Shown piece by piece: positions 50,891 to 61,833 of a stretch of 64,000 nucleotides of DNA. Position 1 is the stretch's first letter; every line of letters begins with the position of its first letter. Source of the stretch: an uncultured Sphingomonadaceae bacterium (GTDB lineage Bacteria > Pseudomonadota > Alphaproteobacteria > Sphingomonadales > Sphingomonadaceae); the NCBI GenBank assembly GCA_964645635.1, contig CAZYAL010000005.1, positions 597 to 64,596 of the forward strand. Direction: 5' to 3'. A program made the position numbers and the translations under genes. Under the pieces are notes generated by a model. It was not told where the DNA came from. It saw only the letters and a program-made list of their open reading frames with translations, and searched no databases.

Positions 50891-51859
50891 GTGGCCATGG
50901 TCACGACATCTTCTGAAACGATTCTCGACATCCGCGGTCTTGAGAAGACCTACAAGGGCGGCGTGCAGGCCCTGACCGGTGTCGATTTGCAGATCCGTAA
51001 GGGTGAGATTTTCGCGCTGCTCGGCCCCAATGGTGCGGGCAAGACAACGCTGATTGGCGCTGTCTGCGGGCTGGTGAACCCGACGGGCGGCACGATCACC
51101 GCATTTGGCTGCGATACGCGCAAAAACTGGCGCGAGGCGCGTCGCCGGATCGGGCTGGTGCCGCAGGAACTCAGCTTCGACATGTTCGACAAGGTGATCC
51201 GCCAGGTGCGCTATTCGCGCGGCATGTTTGGCTGTGCGCCGGACGAGGGCAGAATCGAGGAAATACTCCGCTCACTGAGCTTGTGGGACAAGCGTGAAGA
51301 GCCGATCCGCAAGTTATCTGGCGGCATGAAACGCCGTGTGATGATTGCCAAGGCGCTGAGCCATGAGCCTGACCTGCTGTTCCTCGACGAACCCACCGCA
51401 GGCGTTGATGTGGAACTGCGCCGCGACATGTGGATGCAGATCGAGGCATTGCGCGAACGCGGCACCACCATCATCCTCACTACCCATTACATCGAGGAAG
51501 CCGAAGAAATGGCGGACCGGGTGGGTGTGATCAACAAGGGCCAGATCCTGCTGACGGACGACAAGGACGCGATCATGGCACAGCTGGGCCGAACCGAAGC
51601 GGTGTTCGAACTGGCGCAGCCAATGAGCGAAGTTCCCGCCGCCATCGCGAATTATCCGGTGGTGCTGGAAGATGCGGGCCGCAAGCTCGTTTATCGCGGT
51701 GGTGACGGCACCGGGCAGGGCAAGCGTGACGTTGCCGAACTGGCGCAGGACCTCACCCGCAACAACATCGCCTTTACCGGCCTCGATGCCCATGAATCCT
51801 CGCTGGAGGAGATTTTCGTCGGCCTCCTTGAAGATCGCCAGCAGGAGGAAGCGGCATGA
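50891..51859 (+). CDS. ABC transporter ATP-binding protein (YadG-like, ABC-2 partner)
   Basis: Walker A GPNGAGKTT, signature LSGGMKRR, Walker B LLFLDEP, extra C-terminal domain. GTG 50891 or ATG 50897. Confidence 0.85.
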   Translation: MAMVTTSSETILDIRGLEKTYKGGVQALTGVDLQIRKGEIFALLGPNGAGKTTLIGAVCGLVNPTGGTITAFGCDTRKNWREARRRIGLVPQELSFDMFDKVIRQVRYSRGMFGCAPDEGRIEEILRSLSLWDKREEPIRKLSGGMKRRVMIAKALSHEPDLLFLDEPTAGVDVELRRDMWMQIEALRERGTTIILTTHYIEEAEEMADRVGVINKGQILLTDDKDAIMAQLGRTEAVFELAQPMSEVPAAIANYPVVLEDAGRKLVYRGGDGTGQGKRDVAELAQDLTRNNIAFTGLDAHESSLEEIFVGLLEDRQQEEAA

Positions 51860-52623
51860 ACATTCGTGGTGCCATCGCCATCCTCAAGAACGAACTGATG
51901 CGGTTTTTCCGCACGGCTTTTGGTTCGATTCTATCGCCCGTGCTTACGACCTCGCTTTACATTGTCGTCTTCGGTGCCGCGATCGGCAGCCAGATGGACC
52001 CCTCGCAGTTCGGCGGGGCATCCTATGGCGCCTTCATCGTTCCTGGCCTGATTATGCTGACGTTGCTCTCCGAAAGCACCTCCAATGCCAGTTTCGGCAT
52101 CTATATGCCCAAGTTCACCGGAGCGATTTACGAGTTGTTGTCAGCACCTGTTGGGGTGGCCGAAACGATCATCGGTTTCGTTGGTGCGGCGGCGATGAAA
52201 TCGCTGATCATCGCAGCGATCATCCTCATTACCGCGCGGGTATTCGTCGATTACACGATTGCGCATCCGCTGCTCGCCATCGGCTATATTGTGCTGGTGG
52301 CGGCGGCCTTCGCGCTGTTCGGCTTCATCCTCGGCCTGTGGGCGGACGGGTTCGAGAAGCTGCAGATCGTGCCCATGCTGATTCTGATGCCGCTTACCTT
52401 CCTTGGCGGAACCTTCTATTCAATTGAGATGCTGGCAGAACCGTGGCGCACCGTCGCGCAGTTCAACCCCATTTTCTACCTGATCAACGGCTTGCGTTGG
52501 ACATTTACCGGGTCGTCTGACGTGCCGATTGGCATTGCTTTCGGTTTCACGCTGGCATTCCTGGCACTGTGCGTGGGTATAATCGCTTTGATCTTCAGGA
52601 CAGGGTGGCGATTGCGCGAATGA
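51856..52623 (+). CDS. ABC-2 type transporter permease (YadH-like)
   Basis: 255 aa, 6 hydrophobic segments. ATGA overlap with the ATPase gene. Confidence 0.8.
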   Translation: MNIRGAIAILKNELMRFFRTAFGSILSPVLTTSLYIVVFGAAIGSQMDPSQFGGASYGAFIVPGLIMLTLLSESTSNASFGIYMPKFTGAIYELLSAPVGVAETIIGFVGAAAMKSLIIAAIILITARVFVDYTIAHPLLAIGYIVLVAAAFALFGFILGLWADGFEKLQIVPMLILMPLTFLGGTFYSIEMLAEPWRTVAQFNPIFYLINGLRWTFTGSSDVPIGIAFGFTLAFLALCVGIIALIFRTGWRLRE

Positions 52624-52641
52624 GCAGCTAACCGGTCCCGC

Positions 52642-53586
52642 ATGAGGATCACGAGCACTATCATTCCGCTGGCTTGCCTGATGGCGACGCCTGCCCATGC
52701 TGAATTGCCCGAGCCTGTCCGCGCCATGATCGAAGCGGCAATTGCCACTGGCGATGCAGACACGGTCAAGGCCGTTGTGAATGTAGCGCGCACGACCAAC
52801 CCTGACGATGCGACAGAAATCGATGTCATGTTCGCCAATTTCCAATCCGCGCAGGCCGAGCAGGTCGCTGCGGAAGCTGCTGCACGGGAGCTCGCTGTGC
52901 GCGAAGCCGCGCTGTTCGAAAACTGGAATGGCGAGGGGCAGATTGGCTTCTTCCAGTCCTCCGGCAACACCGACAGCATGGGCCTGAGCGCGCAGATCGA
53001 ACTCAATCGCGAGGGTATCGACTGGGAGCACAAGTTCCGCGCTGCGGCTGACTTGCGCCGCAACAACGGCGCGACGGAGCGTGAGCAGTTCATGGCTGTC
53101 TATGAACCGCGCTACCAGATCAGCGAGCGACTCTTCGCCTATGCGCTGGCCCAGTATGAACGAGACAGGTTCCAGGGCTTTTCCGGCCGCTATTCCTTCT
53201 CCGGCGGTTTAGGCTACCGTGCAATCGACAATGACGGAATGCGCCTTTCGGTGAAGGCTGGCCCAGCGTGGCGTAAGTCCGAGTTCGTCAACGGCACCTC
53301 ACAAAGCAATATCGCCGCATTGGCAGGCCTGGACTTTGATTGGCGCATCAGTGACCGGATCAAGCTGACGCAGGACACCAACGCCGTGGCCGACGCTGGT
53401 GGCAGCGCCGTGGCCATCGTTGACAGCAATAATGTGACTTTGAACCTCATCACCGGGCTTGAGGGCAAGATCAGCGATTCCCTTACAGCGCGCCTGTCCT
53501 ATACTGTAGAGTATGACAGCAACCCGCCAACGGGCGCTGTTTCTACCGACACGCTGACAAGGTTCACGCTTGTTTATGGCTTCTGA
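52642..53586 (+). CDS. DUF481 outer-membrane beta-barrel protein
   Basis: Signal peptide ...LMATPAHA, then W.GEGQIGF..SSGNTD and repeated alternating-strand pattern, C-terminal F. Family call from memory. Confidence 0.7.
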   Translation: MRITSTIIPLACLMATPAHAELPEPVRAMIEAAIATGDADTVKAVVNVARTTNPDDATEIDVMFANFQSAQAEQVAAEAAARELAVREAALFENWNGEGQIGFFQSSGNTDSMGLSAQIELNREGIDWEHKFRAAADLRRNNGATEREQFMAVYEPRYQISERLFAYALAQYERDRFQGFSGRYSFSGGLGYRAIDNDGMRLSVKAGPAWRKSEFVNGTSQSNIAALAGLDFDWRISDRIKLTQDTNAVADAGGSAVAIVDSNNVTLNLITGLEGKISDSLTARLSYTVEYDSNPPTGAVSTDTLTRFTLVYGF

Positions 53587-54715
53587 AAAACCACGCTTTG
53601 CCTTCACGTTGAAGGCCACAGACGGCAAGGCCCGCACTGGCGAGATCGCCATGAAGCGTGGCACCATCCGCACGCCTGCCTTCATGCCGGTCGGGACCGC
53701 AGCAACGGTGAAGGCAATGAAGCCGGAGACGGTGCGCGCGCTGGGTGCAGACATCATTCTTGGCAATACCTATCACCTGATGCTGCGCCCCGGCGCGGAG
53801 CGGGTGGCGAAGCTGGGCGGGCTGCACAAGTTCATGAACTGGCATCGCCCTATCCTGACCGACAGCGGCGGCTATCAGGTGATGAGCCTGTCTGACCTGC
53901 GCAAGCTGACCGAAGAAGGCGTGGAATTCAAAAGCCACCTCGACGGCAGCCGTCACATGCTCAGCCCCGAACGCAGCATGGAAATTCAGCGCCTGCTTGG
54001 TTCGGACATCGTGATGGCATTTGACGAGTGCCCGCGCGCAGACCGTCCGCTGGATGAGATCAAGGCCAGCATGGAGCTATCCATGCGCTGGGCCAAACGC
54101 AGCCGTGAGGGCTTTGACAGCGGTGAAGAACATGCGGCCCGTTCCGCACTGTTCGGCATCCAGCAGGGCTGTTTGGACGAGGGCCTGCGCGGCCAGTCGG
54201 CGCAGGCGCTGCGCGAAATCGGTTTTGACGGATATGCCATTGGCGGTCTTGCGGTGGGTGAGGGGCAGGAGGCGATGTTTGCCACGCTGGATTTCGCACC
54301 CGGCATGCTACCTGATGACGCTCCGCGGTATCTGATGGGTGTTGGCAAACCCGATGACCTTGTTGGTGCTGTCGAACGCGGGGTGGACATGTTCGATTGC
54401 GTGCTGCCCACCCGTTCAGGGCGCAACGGGCAGGCGTTTACATGGAACGGCCCGGTCAATCTGCGCAATGCCCGCCATGCCGAGGACACCGGTCCGCTGG
54501 ACGATAATTGCCATTGTTCGGCCTGCACCAGCTATTCGCGTGCGTACCTCAATCACCTCGTGAAATCGGGCGAGATTCTCGGTGCCATGCTGGTGACCGA
54601 ACACAACCTTACCTTCTACCAGAACCTGATGCAGGAAATGCGCGATGCGATTGCAGATGGGCGCTTTGCGGCGTTTGCGAGTGAGTTCCGGCGCAGCTAT
54701 CGTGGGGTGAGCTGA
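53576..54715 (+). CDS. tgt: tRNA-guanine transglycosylase
   Basis: Blocks [24 protein letters not shown] and the zinc site CHCSACT. ATG 53576 overlaps the DUF481 3' end by 11 nt. Confidence 0.95.
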   Translation: MASEKPRFAFTLKATDGKARTGEIAMKRGTIRTPAFMPVGTAATVKAMKPETVRALGADIILGNTYHLMLRPGAERVAKLGGLHKFMNWHRPILTDSGGYQVMSLSDLRKLTEEGVEFKSHLDGSRHMLSPERSMEIQRLLGSDIVMAFDECPRADRPLDEIKASMELSMRWAKRSREGFDSGEEHAARSALFGIQQGCLDEGLRGQSAQALREIGFDGYAIGGLAVGEGQEAMFATLDFAPGMLPDDAPRYLMGVGKPDDLVGAVERGVDMFDCVLPTRSGRNGQAFTWNGPVNLRNARHAEDTGPLDDNCHCSACTSYSRAYLNHLVKSGEILGAMLVTEHNLTFYQNLMQEMRDAIADGRFAAFASEFRRSYRGVS

Positions 54716-54756
54716 AACCTGCGGATGACGGGGCAGGCATAACGAAGGGGGAGTGC

Positions 54757-56814
54757 ATGGTCCGGTTTAAGGCGGATTTCGGGAAGGCGATGTCCAGGAT
54801 TGTTGCAGGTATTGTGTTCTCCCTTATTCTCGCGGCTTGCGATGGCGGCGCTTCCGGCGAAGTCGATTGGCCGGTCTATGGAGGCTCTGCCAGCGAGAAC
54901 CATTACAGCGCCCTTGAAGAGATAAACCTTGAGACCATTGACCGGCTGAAGCCTGTCTACGCAGTCGACCTGGATGTGACCCGGTCCAATTCGGAACCTG
55001 TCGCTGCAAACGGCGTCATATACGTCACCGGTGGCCTCAGCATCATCCAAGCCTTCGACGCAGTTACCGGGGAGCGATTGTGGCGCTTCGAGCCGGAGCT
55101 CGACACGTCCGGCACGAAAATGCGCTTCGGGTGGGGCGCGCGTGGCCTCGCTTATGACAATGGTAAGGTATTCGTCGGCGCGCAGGATGGCCAATTGTTC
55201 GCTATCGATGCGAAGACGGGCGAATTGGCGTGGTCAGTCCAGACAACCGATGGGGCAGATGACGGGCGCTACATCACCGGCGCACCGCGGGTTTTCGACG
55301 GTAAGGTCATCATCGGCCATGGCGGTGCGGATTTCTCAGACGTTCGCGGTTATGTGACCTGTTATGACGCTGTGACAGGTGAGCAACTGTGGCGTTTCTA
55401 CACCGTGCCCGGCAATCCGGCAGACGGCTTCGAAGACGAAGCGCAGGAGATGGCGGCAGAAACCTGGACCGGCGAATGGTGGAAACACGGCGGTGGCGGT
55501 ACGGTCTGGAATGCCATCACCTATGATGCTGAATACAACCGCCTCTACATCGGCACCGGCAATGGAGATCCGTGGAATCCCAAGATCCGTAGCCCTGAAG
55601 GCGGCGACAATCTGTTTCTCGTCTCGATTGTCGCGCTTGATGCGGACACCGGCGAATATGCCTGGCATTATCAGCAGAACCCAGCCGAAGCATGGGACTA
55701 CAACGCGGCGATGGACATAGAGCTGGCGACGCTAGAGATCGACGGTGCCTTGCGTAAAGTGCTCATGCAGGCCCCCAAGAACGGTTTCTTCTATGTCATC
55801 GATCGCGAGGACGGGGCGCTGATCAGTGCCGAGAAGCTCGGCAAGGTAACATGGGCCAGTCATGTAGACCTTGAAACTGGTCGTCCGGTCGAAAATCCCG
55901 GCCAGCGCTATCTGGACGGCGAGGTTTCGCAAGTGTGGCCCGGCAATCTGGGCCTGCATAACTGGCCGCCAATGGCATTCAGCCCTGCCACAGGGTTGGT
56001 CTATATCCCTGCCATTGAAAGCGGCATCGGCATCACTGACAACGGAATAGACCCCGCGACGTGGGAGCCGATCCCCGGCGCGGTCAACAACGGCGTATCC
56101 GATATCTATGCCGGCGGAGTGCGGCCGGAAGCGCGTGCATCACTGATCGCGTGGGACCCTGTTTTAGGCAAGAAGGCCTGGGAAGTTTCCACGCCTGCGC
56201 CGTGGAATGGCGGCGTCATGGCAACTGCGGGCGGTCTCGTCTTCCAAGGCCATATTGATGGGCATCTCGTTGCCTACAACGGCATGACCGGGCAGGAGGT
56301 CTGGCGCATGCCCGTCGGCACCGCGGCTATCGGTGCGCCGATCAGTTTCAGCGTTGATGGACGCCAGTATGTCAGCATCGTGATTGGCCCGGCGCTTGGC
56401 AGCCTGTTCGTGCTTGAACGGGCAAATGACTATGGCTGGAATTACCGCACGCAGCCGCCGAGGCTGGTGACCTTTGCGCTGGATGCTTCCGGCAAGATCC
56501 CGCAATCTGCTTATGAAGGGCCGGAACCGGTGCTGGTCGATCCGTCGATGGCAATTGAAACCGCACAGGTCAGCCTCGGCCAATCGCTCTGGCCCGCCTG
56601 CATGGGGTGCCACGGTGCCGGTGTAATTTCGCCAGGTTCAGCGCCTGACTTGCGCGCATCTCCGATGCACCTGTCGCAAGTGGCGTTCGCCAGCGTGGTG
56701 CATGACGGTGCGATGGCGAGGACCGGTATGCCTGCTTTCCGCGAGTTTTCTGGTGCCCAGCTGGAAGCTCTCCGCCAGTATATCCAACACAGGGCCCGCG
56801 CTGCCGCTGACTAA
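54757..56814 (+). CDS. PQQ-dependent dehydrogenase, quinohemoprotein type (C-terminal cytochrome c), lipoprotein signal
   Basis: Lipobox LILAAC, W-rich 8-blade propeller repeats (DAKTGELAWS, DAVTGEQLWR, DADTGEYAWH), C-terminal CMGCHG haem-c motif. Confidence 0.85.
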   Translation: MVRFKADFGKAMSRIVAGIVFSLILAACDGGASGEVDWPVYGGSASENHYSALEEINLETIDRLKPVYAVDLDVTRSNSEPVAANGVIYVTGGLSIIQAFDAVTGERLWRFEPELDTSGTKMRFGWGARGLAYDNGKVFVGAQDGQLFAIDAKTGELAWSVQTTDGADDGRYITGAPRVFDGKVIIGHGGADFSDVRGYVTCYDAVTGEQLWRFYTVPGNPADGFEDEAQEMAAETWTGEWWKHGGGGTVWNAITYDAEYNRLYIGTGNGDPWNPKIRSPEGGDNLFLVSIVALDADTGEYAWHYQQNPAEAWDYNAAMDIELATLEIDGALRKVLMQAPKNGFFYVIDREDGALISAEKLGKVTWASHVDLETGRPVENPGQRYLDGEVSQVWPGNLGLHNWPPMAFSPATGLVYIPAIESGIGITDNGIDPATWEPIPGAVNNGVSDIYAGGVRPEARASLIAWDPVLGKKAWEVSTPAPWNGGVMATAGGLVFQGHIDGHLVAYNGMTGQEVWRMPVGTAAIGAPISFSVDGRQYVSIVIGPALGSLFVLERANDYGWNYRTQPPRLVTFALDASGKIPQSAYEGPEPVLVDPSMAIETAQVSLGQSLWPACMGCHGAGVISPGSAPDLRASPMHLSQVAFASVVHDGAMARTGMPAFREFSGAQLEALRQYIQHRARAAAD

Positions 56815-56834
56815 GATCGTCCTTGGGAAGACAA

Positions 56835-56870
56835 ACAAACGGGGCGGCCCCGCAGGACCGCCCCGTTTGT
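56835..56870. terminator. bidirectional rho-independent terminator between the dehydrogenase gene and rpsD
   Basis: ACAAACGGGGCGG (56835-56847) pairs with CCGCCCCGTTTGT (58-70 of the same hundred) around a 10-nt loop. T-rich flanks on both strands. Confidence 0.75.
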
Positions 56871-56888
56871 TCGCTTTGTCCTGACGGA

Positions 56889-57503
56889 TCAGCGCGAGTA
56901 GAATTCGACCACCAGGTTCGGTTCCATCGTCACCGGGTAGGGAACCTCGTCCAGCGTGGGCACGCGGGTGTAAGTCACCTTGTCGGTGCCATCGACCGAC
57001 ACATAGTCGGGAATGTCACGCTCGGGCAGGCTCTGTGCTTCGATGATCAGCGCCATTTCCTTGGCCTTGTCACCCAGCGAAATCACATCACCCACGTTGA
57101 TGCGGCGGCTTGCGATGTTGCACTTCACGCCGTTCACGCGGATGTGGCCGTGCGAAACGATCTGGCGTGCAGCGAAGATCGTGGGTGCGAACTTGGCGCG
57201 GTACACGATCATGTCGAGGCGACGTTCGAGCAGGCCGATCAGGTTCTGGCCGGTGTCGCCCTTCATTGCAGCTGCTTCCTTGTAGGTGCGGCGGAACTGC
57301 TTTTCGGTGACGTCGCCGTAATAGCCCTTAAGCTTCTGCTTGGCGCGCAGCTGCAGGCCGAAGTCGGACATCTTGCCCTTGCGACGCTGGCCATGCTGGC
57401 CGGGGCCATAGGAACGCTTGTTGACCGGGGAATTCGGGCGACCCCAGATGTTTTCGCCCATACGACGGTCGAGTTTGTGCTTGGCGCTGGTGCGCTTCGT
57501 CAT
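56889..57503 (-). CDS. rpsD: 30S ribosomal protein S4
   Basis: From ATG 57503 behind GGAGAAG: [23 protein letters not shown]...RLDMIVYR. Confidence 0.96.
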   Translation of the reverse strand: MTKRTSAKHKLDRRMGENIWGRPNSPVNKRSYGPGQHGQRRKGKMSDFGLQLRAKQKLKGYYGDVTEKQFRRTYKEAAAMKGDTGQNLIGLLERRLDMIVYRAKFAPTIFAARQIVSHGHIRVNGVKCNIASRRINVGDVISLGDKAKEMALIIEAQSLPERDIPDYVSVDGTDKVTYTRVPTLDEVPYPVTMEPNLVVEFYSR

Positions 57504-57655
57504 GATCTTCTCCAATTTGCATCACTGCCCCATTGGCAATGCTTCAACCCGGCATTGCACCGCCATGGCTGATCCATGACGCGGCCGCCGCTTCACCGGG
57601 ATGCGGGGCCAATCGAACGGCTGCCGCAAGGGCAGTCAGACGAAGTGAATGCGCG

Positions 57656-57683
57656 CGTTTAGCTGTGCGTGCCGTTATGTCAA
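57656..57683 (-). promoter_or_regulatory. sigma70-like promoter about 150 nt upstream of rpsD
   Basis: Minus strand has TTGACA (57678-57683), 16-nt spacer, TAAACG (57656-57661). Confidence 0.3.
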
Positions 57684-57706
57684 GGCAATTGCGGCCTCGG
57701 CAGCGC

Positions 57707-58042
57707 TCAGCAGCCTCCGAACTGGTCGCGGTTGCAGGACTTTCCGCCAGAAGCGTTGCGGCCCATGCGGTTCATTTCGTCACGCGTGCGTGCTTCAATC
57801 GCGGCCCATTCATTGCGGGTCAGGCAGGTGCGGGTGCGGCGTGTTAGCGATCCGGTGACGCGTTCCGTGCGGCACACAACCTCATCACCGTCATTGTCTT
57901 CCACCTCAGGCATTTCACCATCCTGCTGCTGCTCCGCGGCTTGTGCAGTCTGGGCCTGTGGGGTTGCTTCGCCATCGTCCTGTGCGAGCGCGGCGGTGGT
58001 GCCGAGTGCTAGCGTGGCTGCGGCGATCATGTGCAACTTCAT
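57707..58042 (-). CDS. hypothetical secreted acidic/Cys-containing protein
   Basis: Signal peptide MKLHMIAAATLALGTTAALAQ behind GGGAGAG. Four Cys in the C-terminal half. Confidence 0.45.
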   Translation of the reverse strand: MKLHMIAAATLALGTTAALAQDDGEATPQAQTAQAAEQQQDGEMPEVEDNDGDEVVCRTERVTGSLTRRTRTCLTRNEWAAIEARTRDEMNRMGRNASGGKSCNRDQFGGC

Positions 58043-58142
58043 CATTCTCTCCCTCACTCACTTGCAGTCCAGCTTACATGCATTGGCGTGCGAACGGGAG
58101 AAAGAATATGGCGCAAGCTGTCGCTGCTGCGAGCGCGAATAG

Positions 58143-58874
58143 CTATTCCGGCTTGCGCGGCCCACGTTCAAGGCTGCTTAGAACACCGCGCAGGGTGCGC
58201 ACTTCAAGGTGGTTCCAACCTGGCTTTGTTAGCAATGAGCGCAAGGTCCGACGGGTGGAGGCAGCGCGTGCTTCCGGAAGGAAATAACCTTTGGGTTCCA
58301 GCATCCGGTCAAGGTGTTCGATCAGGCCTTCCAGCTCTTCCTGTGGGGCAGGGGGGAGTAACTCTTCCTGCGTCGGCTGGACAAGGTCACAATGCTTGGA
58401 CCACTCGTAAGCGCAAAGGATTACGGCTTGTGCCAGGTTCAGCGATCCGAATTCAGGGTTGATCGGTGCGGTCAGGATTGCACGGGCAAGGGCGACGTCT
58501 TCCGTCTCCAGCCCAGAGCGTTCCGGCCCGAAAAGGATGGCGCTGCGCCCTTCCTGCAGCGCGATTTCCTTTGCTGCTTCTTCCGGCGTGACGACGGGCT
58601 TGGTCACCCCGCGCTTGCGCACGGTGGTGGCATAGACATGAGCGCAGTCGGCCACGGCTTCTGCCGTGCTTTCGAACACTTGCGCTTCGTCGAGGATAAA
58701 GTCTGCACCCGCGGCAGCCGGGCCAGCGGAAGGATTGGGCCAGCCATCGCGCGGCGTGACGAGACGCATCTCGGTAAGCCCGAAATTGAGCATTGCCCGC
58801 GCAGCCTTGCCGATATTTTCGCCCAGCTGTGGGCGGACAAGGACGATGACAGGGTTCTTATTCGCCCCCGGCAT
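58143..58874 (-). CDS. SpoU/TrmH-family RNA 2'-O-methyltransferase (TrmJ-like)
   Basis: From ATG 58874: ...[25 protein letters not shown].... C-terminal knot motifs LFGPERSGL and SLNLAQAV. Confidence 0.75.
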   Translation of the reverse strand: MPGANKNPVIVLVRPQLGENIGKAARAMLNFGLTEMRLVTPRDGWPNPSAGPAAAGADFILDEAQVFESTAEAVADCAHVYATTVRKRGVTKPVVTPEEAAKEIALQEGRSAILFGPERSGLETEDVALARAILTAPINPEFGSLNLAQAVILCAYEWSKHCDLVQPTQEELLPPAPQEELEGLIEHLDRMLEPKGYFLPEARAASTRRTLRSLLTKPGWNHLEVRTLRGVLSSLERGPRKPE

Positions 58875-59319
58875 CGCGGACCTGACTGGCGAAATCCTGG
58901 AAATCCTTGGCCTCGCCAAAGTCACGATAGACCGACGCAAAGCGGATGTAGGCGACGCTGTCGATCTGCCTTAGGCCGTCCATCACCATTTCGCCGATGC
59001 GCGAAGACGGCATTTCGCTTTCGCCTGCTGTTTCGACTTGTCGCTGGATGCCGGACACGAGCTGCGCAATGCGTTCCTGCTCAATCCCGCGCTTGCGGCA
59101 GGCGAGGCTTACGGACTGTTCGATCTTGCTGCGATCAAAGGCTTCGCGCTTGCCGTCACTCTTTACCACCGAGACATCGCGCAATTGCACGCGTTCGAAT
59201 GTGGTGAAACGCGCGCCGCAGCTTTCACACTGGCGGCGACGGCGGATGGCGGTGTTGTCTTCAGTAGGACGCGAGTCCTTTACCTGGCTGTCCTCGTTGG
59301 CGCAGAAGGGGCAACGCAT
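58858..59319 (-). CDS. nrdR: transcriptional repressor NrdR
   Basis: Zinc ribbon MRCPFC...[12 protein letters not shown] plus an ATP-cone. Confidence 0.93.
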   Translation of the reverse strand: MRCPFCANEDSQVKDSRPTEDNTAIRRRRQCESCGARFTTFERVQLRDVSVVKSDGKREAFDRSKIEQSVSLACRKRGIEQERIAQLVSGIQRQVETAGESEMPSSRIGEMVMDGLRQIDSVAYIRFASVYRDFGEAKDFQDFASQVRDAGGE

Positions 59320-59325
59320 GGCAGA

Positions 59326-59547
59326 TCAGGGCCGAACGCGCTTGTAGAGCATGAAGCCCGCACCAGCGACGCCGCCGATGATCGGTCCGACAACGGGCAG
59401 AACCCATCCAGCTACCGCGCCGACAGCAGCGCCAGTCAGCACCGGGCGGGTGGAAGGATGCGCCATGCCCTCGCGCCCAATCTGCTTGGCTTCATCTATG
59501 GCATCCACCAGGATGCGCTTGTCGATCGGCTTTTCTGGGTCTGTCAC
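59326..59547 (-). CDS. small hypothetical membrane protein
   Basis: 73 aa with a Gly-rich TM segment LTGAAVGAVAGWVLPVVGPIIGGVAGAGFML. Tightly packed between glyA and nrdR. Confidence 0.4.
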   Translation of the reverse strand: MTDPEKPIDKRILVDAIDEAKQIGREGMAHPSTRPVLTGAAVGAVAGWVLPVVGPIIGGVAGAGFMLYKRVRP

Positions 59548-59553
59548 CGGATG

Positions 59554-60867
59554 TTACCTTCCGGGATAGACCGGGAAAGCCTCGCAAAGTTCGCTTACCT
59601 GGCGGCGGATACGCTCTTCAACCTGCGCATCGCCTTCTTCGCCGTTGCGGCTCATGCCGTCTACCACCTCTGCGATCATCTGGCCGACCTTGCGGAATTC
59701 CGCCGGGCCGAAACCGCGCGTGGTGCCCGCGGGCGTGCCCAGTCGGACGCCAGAAGTGACGAAGGGCGACTTGGTATCGAAAGGGATACCGTTCTTGTTG
59801 CAGGTGAGGAATGCGCGATCGAGGCCGTTTTCTGCAGCCTTGCCGGTCACGTCCTTGGGGCTGAGGTCAACCAGCATCAGGTGGTTGTCTGTACCGCCAG
59901 AAACAACGCGCAGGCCGGATTCCTCAAGGCTGGCAGCCAGTGCCTTGGCATTCTCCACGATGGAAGAAGCGTAGGTTTTGAATTCGGGACGCAGGGCTTC
60001 GCCGAATGCCACGGCCTTGCCGGCGATCACGTGCATAAGCGGACCGCCTTGCATACCAGGGAAGACCGCCATGTTGAGCGGCTTGGTCAGTTCCTCGTCA
60101 TTCCACAGGATGATGCCCGAGCGCGGGCCGCGCAGGCTCTTGTGTGTGGTGCTGGTGACGATGTGGGCATGCGGGAAGGGATTGGGATGCGCGCCGCCCG
60201 CCACGAGGCCGGAGAAGTGCGACATGTCTGCCAGCAGATAAGCGCCGACTTCGTCCGCAATTTCGCGGAAGGCGGCAAAGTCCCATAGGCGCGGATAGGC
60301 GGTGGCGCCGGAGATGATAAGCTTGGGCTTGTGCTTGCGGGCAAGGTCACGGATCTGGTCCATGTCCAGCCGCTCGTCTTCCTTGCGCACGCCATAAGGC
60401 ACGGCGTTGAACCACTTGCCGCTCATGTTGACGGGCGAACCGTGGGTCAGGTGTCCGCCGCTGGCGAGATCGAGGCCCATGAAGGTATCGCCGGGGTTGA
60501 GCAGGGCGAGGAACACCGCCTGGTTCATCTGCGAACCGGAGTTGGGCTGCACATTCGCATAGTTGCAGCCGAACAACTTCTTGGCCCGTTCGATGGCGAG
60601 GAGCTCCACCTCGTCAGCATAGTCGCAGCCGCCGTAATAGCGCTTGCCCGGATAGCCTTCGGCATATTTGTTGGTGAACACGCTGCCGGTGGCTTCCAGC
60701 ACTGCCGGGCTGGTAATGTTCTCGCTGGCGATCAGCTCAATCCGGTCCCGCTGGCGCCCCAGTTCGCGACCGATGATTGCGTGAACTTCAGGATCGGATT
60801 GCTCAAGGCTATCCTGCCAGAAACGGTTCAGCGCACCGGAGTTTGCGGGGTTGGATTCAGTGGACAT
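59554..60867 (-). CDS. glyA: serine hydroxymethyltransferase
   Basis: Blocks [20 protein letters not shown] and the PLP site [13 protein letters not shown]. Confidence 0.96.
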   Translation of the reverse strand: MSTESNPANSGALNRFWQDSLEQSDPEVHAIIGRELGRQRDRIELIASENITSPAVLEATGSVFTNKYAEGYPGKRYYGGCDYADEVELLAIERAKKLFGCNYANVQPNSGSQMNQAVFLALLNPGDTFMGLDLASGGHLTHGSPVNMSGKWFNAVPYGVRKEDERLDMDQIRDLARKHKPKLIISGATAYPRLWDFAAFREIADEVGAYLLADMSHFSGLVAGGAHPNPFPHAHIVTSTTHKSLRGPRSGIILWNDEELTKPLNMAVFPGMQGGPLMHVIAGKAVAFGEALRPEFKTYASSIVENAKALAASLEESGLRVVSGGTDNHLMLVDLSPKDVTGKAAENGLDRAFLTCNKNGIPFDTKSPFVTSGVRLGTPAGTTRGFGPAEFRKVGQMIAEVVDGMSRNGEEGDAQVEERIRRQVSELCEAFPVYPGR

Positions 60868-61328
60868 CAGGCAACTTCCTGCGGAGTGATGGTGATGGTT
60901 GGGTTGGTCAGCTTTGCAACGCGGCCTTCATGGCGTCCGCCTTGGAATTCGGCGACAAGGAACGTCTGCAATATTGTGCGCGCCATGTCAGCGCCGATCA
61001 GCCTTGCGCCCAGGGCGATGATATTGGCATCATTGTGCTCACGACACAGGGCCGCTGAATAGGGTTCGTTGACTAGTGCACAGCGGGCGCCGGGATGACG
61101 GTTGATGGCCATCGAAATGCCGATGCCGGAGCCGCACAGGGCAACGCCGCGATCTGCTGCGCCAGAGGCCACGATATCTGCGAGCTTGTAGCCAAAGTCA
61201 GGATAATCGACCCGGTCAGCGCTGTTCGGGCCGAGGTCCACGACCTCATGCCCCCACTCGCGCAGGTTCTCTGCCAATTCCTGTTTCAGGTCGAAAGCGG
61301 CATGATCCGAGGCTATCGCTATCTTCAT
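60867..61328 (-). CDS. rpiB: ribose 5-phosphate isomerase B
   Basis: From ATG 61328: [15 protein letters not shown]...[13 protein letters not shown]. Confidence 0.9.
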   Translation of the reverse strand: MKIAIASDHAAFDLKQELAENLREWGHEVVDLGPNSADRVDYPDFGYKLADIVASGAADRGVALCGSGIGISMAINRHPGARCALVNEPYSAALCREHNDANIIALGARLIGADMARTILQTFLVAEFQGGRHEGRVAKLTNPTITITPQEVA

Positions 61329-61422
61329 GGGGCGCACATAGGAGCTAGCGACGCCAGATGCTACCGCAAAAGACACGCAATTTTGGCTTTCTCCCCCACA
61401 AGTGACACTGTAGCAGGGCAGC

Positions 61423-61833
61423 ATGACTGAGGAAGACTATCACCGTTACATCACTGCCTTCAACGCACGCGACTATGATGCGCTGGAGGCATTCTTTGCC
61501 GATGACTTCGTGCTGGAGAACGCAGGCTTTGCCGTGCGCGGCAAAAAGGCGTTTCGCGACTTCTACGCTTTCTTTCACGAGTTTTGCCGTGAAGAGGTTG
61601 AATTCAAGGAGTTCTTTCCCGGCAAGGATGGCTTTGTTGCCAATGTGGTGATCCACTTTACCGGGCTTAAGGAACTGTCGCAGGAAGAGCTTGATGAACG
61701 CGGCTATTCCGGCATGACGCCGATACCTGTGGGCATGTCGGTGCCGGTAGAGTTCTACATCCACTACAATCTCAACCCCGATGGCTTGATCTACCTGATC
61801 AAGGGGGCTGTGTGGGTGCCCGAGCCCGCCTGA
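61423..61833 (+). CDS. NTF2-like / SnoaL-like protein
   Basis: 136 aa. N-terminus Y..Y..AFNARDYDALEAFFADDF is typical of SnoaL-like folds. Confidence 0.55.
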   Translation: MTEEDYHRYITAFNARDYDALEAFFADDFVLENAGFAVRGKKAFRDFYAFFHEFCREEVEFKEFFPGKDGFVANVVIHFTGLKELSQEELDERGYSGMTPIPVGMSVPVEFYIHYNLNPDGLIYLIKGAVWVPEPA

